Assembly: GCF_001194135.2 (NCBI RefSeq)
Contig: NC_068993.1
Coordinates: 25,861,432 to 25,925,431 of the forward strand
Reading direction: 5' to 3'
Source of the DNA: Octopus bimaculoides
Lineage: Eukaryota
Length of the DNA: 64,000 bases
How positions within the stretch are numbered: position 1 is the first letter of the stretch; each line of letters starts with the position of its first letter. The notes below the pieces were generated by a model that saw nothing but the letters and a program-made list of their open reading frames with translations, was not told where the DNA came from and did not search any database. Both the position numbers and the translations under genes were made by a program. Shown here one piece after another: positions 13,061 through 26,646 of the stretch.

Positions 13061-15949
13061 CTTTAACAGAATACCATTTGCCTCTAACCTCAAACCTGAT
13101 TTTTATTCAGCCTCCCATCCACCCTTCATAATTTCAAATAGCTATCAATTATCTTGCACAGATTTTGAATGATTAAGTAAGTATATTATGTCAATTTAAT
13201 TAAATGCTAATTACTTTATGATTATTCCTCAGAATTTTGTTGTTTTTTTCAACACCCTTGCAAAGCTCTATATGTTTGTTTAATTTTATTCAATTTTTTT
13301 TTTCCATCATCTCTCTGAAGGACCTCTGGGATTTTAATATTTTAATTAATAACCTTTTAGAAAACTGATTAATATTTTGTTCCTATATTCAAATTTGAAT
13401 TTATAAAGAAACACTAATAGACTGGCAATAAGAAAAACAAATTATATAGTGATTTGGTCAGACTTGACAGTACCAATTCTTTTTCTTTTTTTTTTTGAAG
13501 GTTAGGAAAATAAAGTTGATTGAAATGACTGTAGTATATTACTGGTACTAATTCTATTGTATCCAGAAAAAAAGGAAAATGCAATGTTGATTCAAGTAGT
13601 ATTTGAACACACTAATCTATAGCTGCAGAAACATCTTATATATTATGTCATCATTTCTGGAGATGTTGTACCATTGCATGGCCTACAAGAAATAGTAATT
13701 AAACATGCCTCAAATCATATCCTGCAGCCTTTTGAAAATGGACACACTGGATAGTAGAGTCCAAGATACACTGCAACTATATAACACATAGGATGATCAA
13801 GCTTAAGTGTCTTTAATCATAAGTCTTCTTGATCAGAAATAGTTTTGATTTAAATAAGTTTCCCACCATTAGTTTGAATGGAAGTAGTCCAATATGATTA
13901 TCATAGGCCTGGGTGGGTGTGTTGGGGAGGACTGCACCCCCTAAATCTTTTTTTTTTGTGTGTGTGGGGTGGTTGCAATGCAAACACTGAACATCCTGTG
14001 TTGAATCTGGTTTGCACCCTTTAGCAAATTTCATTCCTGTGCTTACAAAGATTATTTTAAATTTCTTTCTTTTCTGGTTGGAAAGACTTCATTTATAGCA
14101 GACTCTTTAGAAAAGAATGAACACCATTAATTCTTATTTGCTTTTCTCTACAGATTTACTTTTATAAAAGGACACTAATTTTTAATTCCATTAACAGAGA
14201 AATAAAATTTATGTTTGATGACTAAGTGCCCACTGTCCATTTTGTCTAATTGAGAAGTGACATTAAATTGAGTTACAAAGTGGTTTAGAACTTGTTGCAT
14301 TTGCTTCAAAATATCTTCTGAGTTCTTAATCAAAATGTTACAAATAATAAATATAAGGAGGAGAGGCTGGAGGAAAACAAGCAATAAAGATATTGTTATT
14401 ATCATTATTGAAACAAAAATAATGTTTGATTGAACCAAAAATATTATTATTGTTGTTGTTATAACTATTATTGTAGTTATCATCATCATAATCATCATCA
14501 TCATCACCACCACCACCACCATCACCATCATCACCACTATCCTTATCATCAGTATTAACATTATTATAGTATACTTGTAATGTAACTTAGTCTACATGAC
14601 ACAAGAACAGTGAGTTACCCTTCCCCACACACACACACATACACACACTATACATCACATTATCCTATTAATGTTTAAAATGAAGTTAACAGTTTAAAAC
14701 ATCTTAGATAAATTAAAAAGATTGTTGATGTCACAAAGCTGAAAACAATTGAAAATATTTTATGTTTTATATATATGTGTGTGTGTGTGTGTGNNNNNNN
14801 NNNTATATATATATTTATGTACATATATATCCTTTCTTTCTTTCTCCTTCAAATTTTCCAAAATAATGTTTCACAGGTTAGACTAGAATTGAAGTATTGA
14901 AAAATTGGTTACTATCTTTACGATTGTCTCGATATTTTTACATTCTGCTATTGAATTTAGTTTGCTTGAAATTCGAACTGCCTTCTATCGGTGAATTAAT
15001 CTGTTCTTCTTAATAAGTTTGATGGAAGCAAGCCAGGAAACATAAAAAGACTTTGAAATGAGAATAAATTAAATATTTAAAACAAATTTTTAAAAAGTTA
15101 AAAAAAAAAATCCAAAACCAAAGAGATTAGAATCATAGAATATGGTTTTGTTGTCTGTATCAGTATTTTCTATTGAACAATTTCTAAGCTATGAAAATAT
15201 ATCAAATTGTTGTATATATTAAGCTACAACATTAAGCAGAGTCTATTCAGTAGCCTCACAGATTGAAACTAATACAAACACTCTAAATGAATAAAGAAAA
15301 AGATAAAAACAACAGCAACAATAACCATATTTTTCAGAAATACCATACACTTGGTTGCTAAGATATATTTAGTGAAAAGCTGCTTCTCCTCAGATTTTAG
15401 TGATTTCTGGAACAAGATGCTTTTGGTAACAAGTGTATTTGAATTCTAAATTGAGAAATTTCCTTTTGTTTTGCTTTTTCCCCCCCAATCATTTTGCAAT
15501 TCTTCAGGATGAGCAGTTTAAAATAAAATTTTAAAAGTACTTTTATTTCACATAACTTGCTTCCTAAATCACCTTTATTAACAGGATTGCACTGTTTCTT
15601 AGTTGCCAATTTGAGGTGTTAGTAGCAGTGAGTGATAGATCTAATCAGTAGCCCAATTTAATAACACCATTTGGTCCTCATGTACTTTCATCATAGTTAC
15701 GAGTGCTTGTATGCATTTATCAGAGTTTACTCTATTGCAAATGTTTAGACCAAGTCTTCAATCTGAAGATAACTTGATACTTAATGTACTGCTTCCTAAT
15801 GTAGTAGCTCATGTCATACTTTCTTCATGATTACATTTCACTTAGCCACAAGCAAAAAAAAAAAAATCATAAAACTGCTATAGCGAATATTTAAAATGGA
15901 TGAGTAAATCAAAGTAGCAGAGGATATGAAATTGACTTCACCAGCAGCA

Positions 15950-16645
15950 CAGTGTAGTATGATGCTATATAACAGAATATATTGACAATATATAGTGGTA
16001 TGGTGTTATACAATAGAATACATTGACATATGTTGGTCTGGTACTATATTACACAATATATTGGTTTCAAATTCAGGGCAAGGGTAAGTTGATTATATCA
16101 TCCCCAATGTTCAACTGGTACTTATTTTATCGACCTTGAAAGGATGAAAGGTAAAATCAACCTCAGAGAAACTCAGAATATAAGGACAAGCAAAATGACA
16201 CTAAGCATTTTGCCCAGCATGCTAACAATTCTGCCAACTTGTCACCTTACCTATATAACAGAATATATTGATAACATATAGTGATATATTGTTACACAAC
16301 AGAATACACTGATATATGTTGGTCTACTACTATATAGCACAATATATTAACAACATACAGTGCTATAGTTCTATATAACAGAATGCATTGATGAAATATA
16401 ATATCAGTCCCAGCATGGTAGCAGTCAATGACTGAAACAAGTAAAAGATGAAAGGTATGGCGCCATACAACCACTCATTAACAAGCAGTGCTATGGTGCT
16501 ATATAACAAAATGTATTGACAACATATCAACATACAGCAGTATGGTGTTATATAACAGGACACATTGACAACATACAGTAACCAGGTGCTAAATAACTGA
16601 ATTTATTGACAACATATAGTAGTATAGTGCTATCGTGCTATACAG
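15950..16645. repeat. Degenerate minisatellite (about 35-40 bp unit) with SINE insertions
   Basis: Recurrent GTGCTATATAACAGAATATATTGACAACATA variants, about 10 copies. A SINE A (-) lies at about 16065-16250 and a SINE B tail at about 16400-16450. Confidence 0.75.
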
Positions 16646-16959
16646 GCTGTCTATAAATTACCTTTATAATTTCAAAAATTCAGACAAAAAACAAAATGAA
16701 GTAAGGATAACTTAGCAGGTTGCATGCAACCAATGGAATCCACATTGAAGTGTTGTGATTGTTATCAGTATTATAATTATTATCATTATTTTAACTATTA
16801 ATATTAATGTTATAGACTCATGTAGTGAGAAAACTTTTCTGATTGCCCCTTCAAAACATGTTTCACTTCAAATATTACCAGATGAAACTTTCTTTGAAAT
16901 ACTTGTGAAAAGAACTGTATTTTGCCTACGGAAGTAGACAACAGGAAGAAAAGGCTTGC

Positions 16960-17520
16960 CTTAAAAAAAGTGACATTGTGCCATATTGTTACTGTTGTTG
17001 TTGTTGTTATCTTCTTTCTTTTTCTTCTTCTACTTACTACTACTACTACTACTACATCTATTACTACATCTACTACCACTACTACTACTACCCTTGTAGT
17101 GTAAAGACATCTTTTTGATTCTTCCTTCAAAATAATTTTTATTTCAATTTTGGACAAAATTTTCAATTGAGTATTTATAAAAAAACTTTATGTGCCTAAA
17201 TAGGGATTGCTCTAGATACTCGGGGTGGACACCAGACAAAAAATAAAATGGTTTGTTTCACCAACGTAAACTTCTATTTGCACAAATTACACTTTTCCAG
17301 GCCAAATGGCTACTAACTCTCATTATGCCATATGACAAAATTCGACAATGGCTAAAACAACACAAAATCAAAATACATGACTAAACGTAGAAGAGGAAGA
17401 AAAGCATGAACATTTTAGTGAACAATTAATAGCTGAAAATATCCTGAATACTCAAATTTGGAAGACAGCAACAACAACAAGAACAGTGGCAATTCTTACA
17501 CATTTTCAAATATTATGGTC
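16960..17520 (+). mobile_element. 5' fragment of a LINE-like family shared with 43880-45900
   Basis: CCTAAATAGGGATTGCTC..GGTGGACACCA and AAATGGCTAC..ATTATGCCA..ACAATGGCTAAAA align with 44510-44700. The upstream A-run, (GTT)n and CT-rich block align with 43880-43990. Confidence 0.55.
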
Positions 17521-18775
17521 TGTTCATGTGGACTTTGCCTTTCATCCTTTCAAGGGTCGATAAAATAAGTACCAGTTGAGTACTGGGTCAATTTAATTGA
17601 CTTGGCTCCTTCACTTCAAATTGCTGGCCTGCTGCCAAAATTTGAAACCATTATTATTATTATTATCATCATCATTATTATTATTATTATTATTATTAAT
17701 ATCATTATTAATAAGGCGGCAAACTGGCAGAGTTGTTAGCATGCTGGGCAAAATGCTTAGCAGCATTTCATCCATCTTTACATTCTGAGTTCAAACTTCG
17801 CTGAGGTCTACTTTGCCTTTCATCCTTTCAGGGTCGATAAAATAAGTACCAGTCAAGCAATAGAGCTGATGTAATCAATGTACCCTTTTCCCAAAATTGC
17901 TGGCCGTGTACCAAAATTTAAAACCATTATTATTAATATTAATTTTTTCTCAGCGAATCACTTCTGTGACTCTATCCACAAGCCTTTGTCTTTATTGTTA
18001 AACTGTCAATGTTGAGGAACAAATAACTGTCTATCACTGCTGTTATCCATTTTACAAAATGGACAGTGAATATATTACTTAAGATCCTGAGTAACTAAGT
18101 CAACAGTAAAGTCAGAACAGTTCTAGCTCACCCCCATAAAACAATGCAGTTTGGCCAGAGTTGATGCAATTTATTATGACATTATTGTTGAAATCATAAT
18201 GTAATGTTATGCCAGTTAGATTTTGTGTAAAGTCGGTAATTATTCTAAATCTTAATCAACATTGTCATTATCAACATCATAACATTACGTGTAAATTAGT
18301 GAATATCCAGTATATTAAACTGATCCTTATTTAGAGATTATAAGGCAGTGAGCTGGCAGAATCATTAGCATGCTGGACAAAATGCTTAACGGTATTTTGC
18401 CCATTGCTACATTTTGAGTTCAAGTTCTACTGAGGTCGACTTTGCTTTCATCTTTTCAGGATTGATGAATTAAGTACCAGTGAAACATTGGGTCGATGTA
18501 ATCAAATTTCAGGCCTTGTGCTTATAGTAGAAAGGATTATTTAGAGATTATCTAAGGCAGTGAGCTGGCAGAATCATTTGCACACTTGGCAAAATGCTTA
18601 GCAGCATTTCATCCATCTCTATGTTCTGAGTTCAAATTCTGCTGAGGTCAATTTTGCCTTTCATCTTTTCAGGATCAATAAAAAAAGTTCCAGTTGACCA
18701 CTGGAGTCAATGTAATCAACTTACCCCTTTCCCTGAAACTGCTGGCCTTGTGCCAAAATTGGAAACCATTATTTA
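17490..18775 (+). mobile_element. Four SINE family A copies (about 17490, 17712, 18343, 18553)
   Basis: AAGGCRGYGAGCTGGCAGA heads with A box TGGCAGAAT and B box GAGTTCAA; (ATT)n tails. Confidence 0.9.
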
Positions 18776-19425
18776 GATTATTGCTATATTCCTATATCAT
18801 AAATGATATAATTATTTTACCTGTTATAAGATTCTATTTAGTTAAGGAGAAATGGAATGTTGTGATGTTCAAGCTTTTTCTACATACAAGTAATGGCATG
18901 AGCTTTCTACTGAGAATCATAATCACTTAATAGACCACAACTCATTAGGAACTTACCCGCCTCTTGTGTATCTCTCATATAGCATGAATAATATACCATC
19001 ACAGTCAAATAGGAAAATTAAGGTTGCTTTATTTCCTGCACCACTCTCTCTCTCTCTCTCTCTNNNNNNNNNNNNNNNNNNNNNNNNNNNNNNNNNNNNN
19101 NNNNNNNNNNNNNNNNNNNNNNNNNNNNNNNNNNNNNNNNNNNNNNNNNNNNNNNNNNNNNNNNNNNNNNNNNNNNNNNNNNNNNNNNNNNNNNNAATAA
19201 CCATAAAATAAAATAATCTAAACATAATCAATTTAAAAAGGAAGTATGCTAAATTAGTTAAACATGTCATAATTGGTCGTAGTTGTAAAAGTAACAAAAG
19301 CAGTAATGTTTTACACATCATTTTCAAGAAATAAAAAAAAAAATTTTAATATTTTCTAAATAAGTAAAACAATATCATTGTAGTATCATTGACCATTATT
19401 AAAATCATCCTTATCAGTCAATGTA

Positions 19426-19483
<58 letters not shown>

Positions 19484-19870
19484 CAATAATGATAATCCTT
19501 ACATTCATTGCTCTCTTTGATTTCATTAACACCTTCGTCACAGTAATCAATGTCTTCATCAATATCAATATTGTCATCATTCATCACTACTACTACTACT
19601 ACTACTATATTGTAATCAGAAATTTTTACACGCGGCCATAAATATATCAGTCAACAAAAAACTCTCAAAAGCCAATTTAATGCTATTTAAGTGCTTAAAA
19701 TGTTTTGAAAGTGTTTTTTATTATTTATCATCATTAATGTTATTATTAGTGTCTCATTAAGGTTGTGTCAACTTCATAAATGGGACTTAAATGTAGGTGA
19801 CTTACTTTATATACTTACTTGTAAACTAATTTTGTTATTAACTAAGTTTACATGTACTTGGAAAGCTTAC

Positions 19871-19987
19871 AATTCTTCTTCTTTCCTTCAGACTTACAGA
19901 TGTATTTTGTGATTATTCTGAATCTTGTTGCTGTTTCTTCAGCTGGATCAATGTGCTTTAACATGAAACCATTTTCCCAGTACATTA
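19871..19987 (-). CDS. Candidate internal exon, 117 bp, phase 1-1, product unknown
   Basis: Weak acceptor aaatatcag| and donor T|gtaagc. The open frame reads MYWENGFMLKHIDPAEETATRFRIITKYICKSEGKKKN. No recognisable domain. Confidence 0.2.
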
Positions 19988-20305
19988 CTGATATTTAGTT
20001 CATCTAATCCTGGACAGATATTTTAGGTCAGTATTAGTTAGCTTGAAACATGTAAACCATAAATAGCTTATTGTTACATCTTGAAATTGTTATTAACCAT
20101 ATAGCTCAACCCTAAAGCTCATTGAAGATGGTATCTCAGACTTCATAAAGTGGTTGGTCAAATTGTGACATCATGGGAGAAGACAATGACTGACTACAAA
20201 TGATGGTGAAAGGATATAAAGAAAGGGATAAGGGTTGCAGAATCAAATAGGATTAATGGTTAAATAACAAGAAGAAAAGAGATAACAAGCTAGAGCAAGA
20301 TTTAC

Positions 20306-20576
20306 GACACCAAGGCAACCAACAGTATTTTGCAATATCAGGGTCGATCAGGGTTGAGCTGTGATCATATAGTTCCATGTAAAGTGAAGCATCATTGACA
20401 AAGTCTTTGTTCATTATATTTGGGACAAAAAATCCTTTTCTGCTACTAAGAGTCAATTGCAAATGACAGCTTAGAAGATTAACCATAAAGTCACCATTCC
20501 TAAAGTTATCAAAACCTGAGAATAATTTTCTACGAAAAACATTTGCGTAAAACAAGACAGTGACAATGTCATGAGT
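20306..20576 (-). CDS. Candidate internal exon, 271 bp, phase 0-1, with a weak SEA-like motif
   Basis: Strong acceptor atttcattttgccttttcag| inside a 118-aa non-repetitive ORF (THDIVTVLFYANVFRRKLFSGFDNFRNGDFMVNLL...KYCWLPWC). Possible donor C|gtaaat at 20305. Confidence 0.4.
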
Positions 20577-21389
20577 CTGAAAAGGCAAAATGAAATATTT
20601 TAAAACCATTTTGATGATTTATTTTGATAAATCATTAGTATCTCTGCAGTGTGTCATCAAAACTGTAATGATAGTAACAATGGCAGTGCCTATGACAATA
20701 ATCCCGCCAACTATGATAATATCTAACAAAACTACAACATGAATAAAGTTACTACAAGTAATAATATAAAAAAAAATGCCAAACACTTTAGGTATCTGTA
20801 ACACAGTTTCCTGCTGTTAAGCTATTGAAACAACCTACTAAATGTAGATGACAATTTTGTCAAACAAGAGAAGTAAGTTAGCTTGATGTACAAGTTATAT
20901 CTAATTTGTACATCATCATTGAGTGTTTGATTTGCTACCCCCAAGCACAAATTTACGCAGCTTTAACAGATTGAAGTCATTCAACAACAAAACAGTAAAA
21001 CACACACATGACTATCATTAATAATGCCACAAACTTTATTCTAACTTTTAAAATTGGTGAACAAATACTTGCTACAGAAACAATAAAATAGCTAAACATT
21101 TGTTTAGATAGAGAAACATCTAACGTAGTAAAGCTATATTGCATGCTATCATCTCATTTAACAAGAGTTTTAAATCTAAGATCTAAACATCACCTAGTAT
21201 ATTGAACATTATTTGGATTACTAAAGCATTTTATTTCATACATTCTTTGAAGACAGTAGTCTCAAGGGATAGAAAGTATTATCCTGTAGAAGGAGTTCAA
21301 TCTGAATCTAAATAATTACACACATACAGATACACATGCACACACACACATGAACAAGCATACACATATATTGACGTATACATATACAT

Positions 21390-21439
<50 letters not shown>

Positions 21440-21522
21440 TGACTATATATACATATGTATATATGTATATATATTCAAACATATACATATATGTATATAC
21501 ATGTTTTCGTATATATGCTTAT

Positions 21523-21570
<48 letters not shown>

Positions 21571-22484
21571 ACACATGTGTAAGCAGGCAGACAAATAGAT
21601 AGACATACAGATAGATAAAAATCACACAAATAAAAGAAGTAAAATTATGAGAAGACAATATATGGAGCCAGACAAATGAAGTAGATGACTGAAAAGCATA
21701 GAAATATAGTGAAAAAAGAAACAATTGAAGAAATGTACAATGAAAATAAATTTGCCAATGAAAGATGTGAAAGTGAATCTAATGTTTTGGGTGGTGCTGA
21801 TTATCAAAGAGAATGAAAAGGAAAGGGCAAAATACAAGGCACTGAATTTACAATGTCTTTTTACATGGCATGCCTAGTGTACAATGAAAGCTCGGGAGTG
21901 AAATACAAGGACTGAAATGCAGTCACATTGAGAGTAAGTATACAGAGAGGGTGAGAAAAAGGGAAAAAGAATAAATGGGGAAAGAGAGGGAGAGAAAGTT
22001 GGAAAGGGAGAGGGGGAAAAAGTGTTGGGGGATAATTAGTGAGGGCAGGGAAATGAGATGGGGAGTGATAACTCATAATACAAGCGTGTGTGTGTACAGT
22101 GAAGTGTATTTAAATGTGTGATGCTTTTATTTATGTTCATGTTAATTGCATGTGGCAAGGAATATAAAGTTTGTATATTGACATGTACATCAGTTATTTT
22201 TGCAATGTCCAACTAAGAATAGAAATGTTTATACATAGAATACAAATGTGCATGCATACATGCACATGTAAACAACACATATACATATGCACACAGAGAA
22301 ACACACAAAACACATTCACAAACTTTAGGGGTTACGTTTGTACATATGTATGATGTCATAAGTTATGTGATAATATGGATGTATGGTGCAGAAAATGAGG
22401 GTTACCTATACCCAATACGTATGATGTGTTATGATGTGGGGATCTACGTGTACAGGCATGGCTCATAAGTGCAGGTATGTTTGT

Positions 22485-22860
22485 GTGGTAAGAGGTTTGT
22501 TTCCCATTGACATAGTTTTGGTTCAGTTACACTGCATGGCATCTTGGGCAAGAACACAAGTATCTTTTACTATAGCCTTGGGTCAACTAAAGCTTTGTAA
22601 GTGGATTTGGTAAACAGAAACTGAAAGAGGCCCAAATGTGTGTGTGTCTATGTGTTTGTCCCCCCCCCCACCACCACCTGACAACCAGTGTTGGTTTGTT
22701 TACAACCTCATAACATAGTAATTTGGCAAAGATACCAATAAAATAGCTACCAGACTTTTAAAAATGAATTAAATATTGGGGGTGATTTGTACAACTAAAT
22801 CATTCAGGGTGGTGTCCCAGCATGGTTGTAGTCCAATGACTAAAACAAGTAAAAAGCAAA
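22485..22860 (+). mobile_element. SINE family B
   Basis: CTTGGGCAAG..TACTATAGCC..GTGGATTTGGTA..GAAACTGAAAG core and CCCAGCATGG..GTC..ATGACT tail. Confidence 0.8.
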
Positions 22861-23709
22861 GGCAGATTTTAGTAAAAAGACAAAGGCAGACTTTTACAAG
22901 AAAAAGTTTGACAGTGACTTCAAAGTTTTGGCTTACCAGCTATAATAAGAGGTCATATATATGAGTGTGAGTGTATGACATATATCTCACAAATCTCATG
23001 CTCTAACCTTTATATCTATATTTCCACATAAGCTGAAGATACCACACACACACATTAGTGCATGGACATAACTACTAACTTTACTGGTGTGCGCAAATAC
23101 AGACACTGATACACATACTATCTAACCTTATGCCAACAAACATCCCCTCAACTTACCCCCCCCCCCCCCCCTCTACATATAAGACTTGAAGTTTCATGCA
23201 GATAAGATGAATCCATCTCATCAGATAGGAGAAGAGTCAGAAATTTGAGACAAATTCAAGATGGCTTTGAGATACTAGGCCTTTATTCATCAGCTCAGGT
23301 CATGTAGTGTTAATGCTGTGAAAATAACAACAGCTATTTTCTTTGTTTTTAGGCCTACTTACAAGGATAGGACATTGGCAAGATACTGGCTCCACTATGC
23401 CAGCAGATTGCAGTATAATGCATATAGTGACATCAATTCTTTGTATTAGATGTCACACAGTAAGATGGAATGCTGGCATGGATCAGTAGCTCAGTTATCA
23501 TTCAGTAGAGTGCTACCACATTATGAGCGGCAGTCTTTAAATGGGAGTAAGCAGATTTGCTAGTGTTCAGTTAAAATTGAGGCTGGATGACCAATGTGGG
23601 TAGGACCAAAGTCTATTCAGGCAGCAGGGATTAAATTTCCTGCCCTTGCGAGTGAGACAGCCAGTCCTAGTGGATAATATCTAGATCGTCAGCCGTCAGT
23701 GTCCAATTT

Positions 23710-23965
23710 TCCTGTTTCTGATGAAAATGTAGTCAATCTGGCTTGTATTCCCACCAGATTGATAAGTGGACAGGTAACTGACTAGTTTCCTGAAGTTAGT
23801 ATTGCAAATCATAGTCATTTACATCACAGAATTCCAGTAGCTTTGTTCCCTCCTTATTGCAGAAACCAACTCCAAAGCCTCTGTGCACATCATGGAAGCC
23901 ACTGGATGCTGCCCAACATGCCCATTGAAGTTACCAGCCAATAAGAGACAGCCACTGTCATTTGT
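23710..23965 (-). mobile_element. RTE-clade LINE apurinic endonuclease fragment
   Basis: Minus strand reads LLAGNFNGHVG..FHDVHRGFGVGFCNKEGTKLLEFC..CNTNFRK..TYQSGGNTSQIDYIFIR. Confidence 0.85.
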
Positions 23966-25642
23966 CAATGAGGTAGACCTCACCAGACCTAACTTTCAAA
24001 GTGCCTATCTTAAGTGTGCAAACTGTAAGGGTGAGGAAGGGATGACAAGCAAGAACAGAAGGATAGGAGACAGCATTCAGCATCTGAAAAGAAGATTTAT
24101 GCAAACATTTGCTAACCAGCATAGCATATAAGTTTCACCCTGCATTTAATTTACCATTCACTTTACATTTGCTGCATCTACCAGAAGAAACGGGTATGGT
24201 ATATACCATTGTTTACATAAAGATAAATAGTGCTGATAATTAATCCATTGGTAAGTACTCTTGTCATATTTCTGATCTGAGTGTACTAGTTATGCCTTTT
24301 TTTATATTATAAATACTATCACTTATGTTCACAGGAGGTAGAAGGGAGAGAAGAAACTTTTCCATGCAGGTTTCGGGAGGTAAAGAAAAAAGATTTCTGG
24401 TATAGGTGGTTGGGGAAGTAATGGGAAGGTGCACCACAAATAACCAAATTACATGGTTGTTTGTAATTTGGTTAAAACATAGTAATGAAGGAGACAAGAT
24501 ATAAGATATTCAATGAACCAAGAAGGTGACTTCTAATCTGAAACAAACAAAAGTGCATGAGAGGTGAGGGTATACATATGTTTAGGTCAAAATTGAAGTG
24601 AGCTGGCCCATCACAATGAAAAGGTAGACAGCCCATTTCTACTAGAATTAATTAATTTAAATAACAATTAACATTTGAAGACAGTGAAGTTTTAGACAAA
24701 GTAGAAATGCCAGATGAAATGGAATAAAATGATGTTAAAATTAAAAGCAAGGGAAAATGAAATTTGGCTTATCTGAATATTTCTTTTCCCTTCATAATAG
24801 AGCAATAATGACTACTTGTTGAGAAAAAATGGTATTTCATTTTCTGTTTAAAAAAAAAAGGATGGAAAGAAGAGAATTTTAATGGTGATTCCTGTCATGA
24901 AAGTAGGGGTGGGGGAAACTTCCAAAATGATTTATTTTCATGGATTTCAAAAATTTTTTTTTTTTCGAAAATGGCTTCTCTCATCATGTAATGTAAAAAG
25001 AAAATTGAAAAATCCATCATGAGGACCCCAGGGAAGGGATTAAAACAAATCATAGATTTTCAAAAATTTTTTCATATAAAGCTTCCTCCCACCCTCCATC
25101 ATTATGAAACGCATGATGAAAGACAAATTTGAAAAATCCCTGTTTAACAAAGAAAATTCAAATTAAGTGGGTGACCTATTCAAAAACTCCAACTGAAATA
25201 TATATACTTTTTTCAAGTTGTATTAAACATATGTATGTTTATGTATTGAATACATTGGTACATCATACGCTGTGTCTACATGAAATTACAGGTTGTCACT
25301 GTCATCACTTCCAGTTTCAACTGCAATTTACTTTCACTTTTTAAGGACAATTTACTTTTACTATTTTATGATGCTAAAATGCATGTTAACCTTGTTTGTT
25401 TCATATTTAGAAGTTTTATTTTTTGTTTATTGAATAACATATCTTGCCTCTCCCATCACTGTTTCTGCCATAGGATATCCATGCAGCTTGATCATTTGAA
25501 GTCAGCATGGCTTTACACTTCTATTTGGACAGCCCTTATTTCCTATCATTTCCCTCATAAATATTGTTTCTTTCATTTACCTAGCTTAAACTCAGATATA
25601 TATATATACACATAAATATTTGCATACTTATACTTATACATA

Positions 25643-25678
<36 letters not shown>

Positions 25679-25802
25679 ACACCACACCACACACATGCAC
25701 TCATACAGGATGTTCAAGTTGAATTTAACAATTTGCAGAAAAGGAAAAGAAAAAACAAGACCCCATCTCAAAATAAAAGTATTTTTAAAAATCAAAAAAT
25801 AA

Positions 25803-26235
25803 CTACACTATGGTTGGGAGCTTACTCAAAGTAGCCACCCCCAGGCTCTGGAACCTGGCACATGTATTCCTCATTATGTCCCTGGGAAAATATTTGAACA
25901 CCTCTTTGATCTTGGCCACCAGCTCAGCCTTGATGTTGTAGGTAGAGCTGTAGGTGTCTCTCTCCACCGTGTTCCACACATAATCTGTGAGATTATAATC
26001 ATGGGAATTAGGAGGCCAGAAATTGGGGCTAGTGAAGTTGTAGAAATTCTCCAACAACCACTTCTGACTCTTTCCAGAGGTATGGCAAGGAAACAAATAC
26101 TGCTGACACATATATGGCCTTCCAACCCTCTCCAGCCAGAGATTGACCACAATCTCCAGCAGCTTTACATAGTTGTCTGAGTTGAATCCTAAGACCTTGT
26201 TCGAAGATACTGGGAGGAACTCCAGCATATGGATA
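25803..26235 (-). mobile_element. maT (DD37D) mariner-like transposase 3' fragment
   Basis: RPYMCQQYLFPCHTSGKSQKWLLENF..FWPPNSHDYNLTDY, with 37 residues between the (mutated) second D position and the final D. Confidence 0.85.
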
Positions 26236-26587
26236 CAGTCAAAATACTTGCTGTGTCACTTCCTGCTGACCACAGCTTTGTAGTCTCCTTTACAGCTGTT
26301 AAGTTTTATAGTTTTTACATTGTGTAAAGAGCATTGCGCAACAGTCATGATAATAAAATAAGTACCAGATAAACACTGGGGTTGATGTAAGTGGCTTACC
26401 CCACCCCACTGAAATTGCTAGCCTTGTGCCAAAATTTGAAATTAATATTTAGCTGGCTTTCTGCCCTCCGTGTCAGCTAAGTTTTTCTCAACTACAACTT
26501 CAATCTTTATGCTATCCAATGTCATTGACTGTTTACCAATACATCTGTTCCTGAAAAGAGGAGACATATGAATTTAATCCAAACACA

Positions 26588-26646
<59 letters not shown>

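Noticed and set aside
14175-14561. 128-aa ORF and similar homopolymeric ORFs (16810-17166, 19426-19641, 43186-43594, 52311-52637, 54420-54893)
   Set aside because: Open only because they run through trinucleotide or tetranucleotide microsatellites; no domain content.
18950-19040. Strong minus-strand donor GGCGG|GTAAGT at about 18955
   Set aside because: No polypyrimidine acceptor (upstream is (GA)n and a gap) and no recognisable peptide.
19930-20010. Minus frame GLDELNISNVLGKWFHVKAH resembling a lipocalin GxW motif
   Set aside because: The frame ends in TGA right after the motif, and no other lipocalin exons are visible.
23178-23232. Minus-strand CTGATGA..GAAAC..GTC in the correct order
   Set aside because: Stem II is not adjacent to GAAA and stem I does not pair; at most a heavily decayed relic.
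23883-24131. Plus-strand Cys-containing ORF behind an apparent acceptor
   Set aside because: Its 5' part is the antisense of the RTE endonuclease fragment; no donor or domain support.
24890-25140. Weak inverted motifs (GGGGTGGGGGAA / TTCCTCCCACCC and TGAAAAATCC repeats)
   Set aside because: Possibly an old non-autonomous DNA transposon, but ends and TSD could not be defined.
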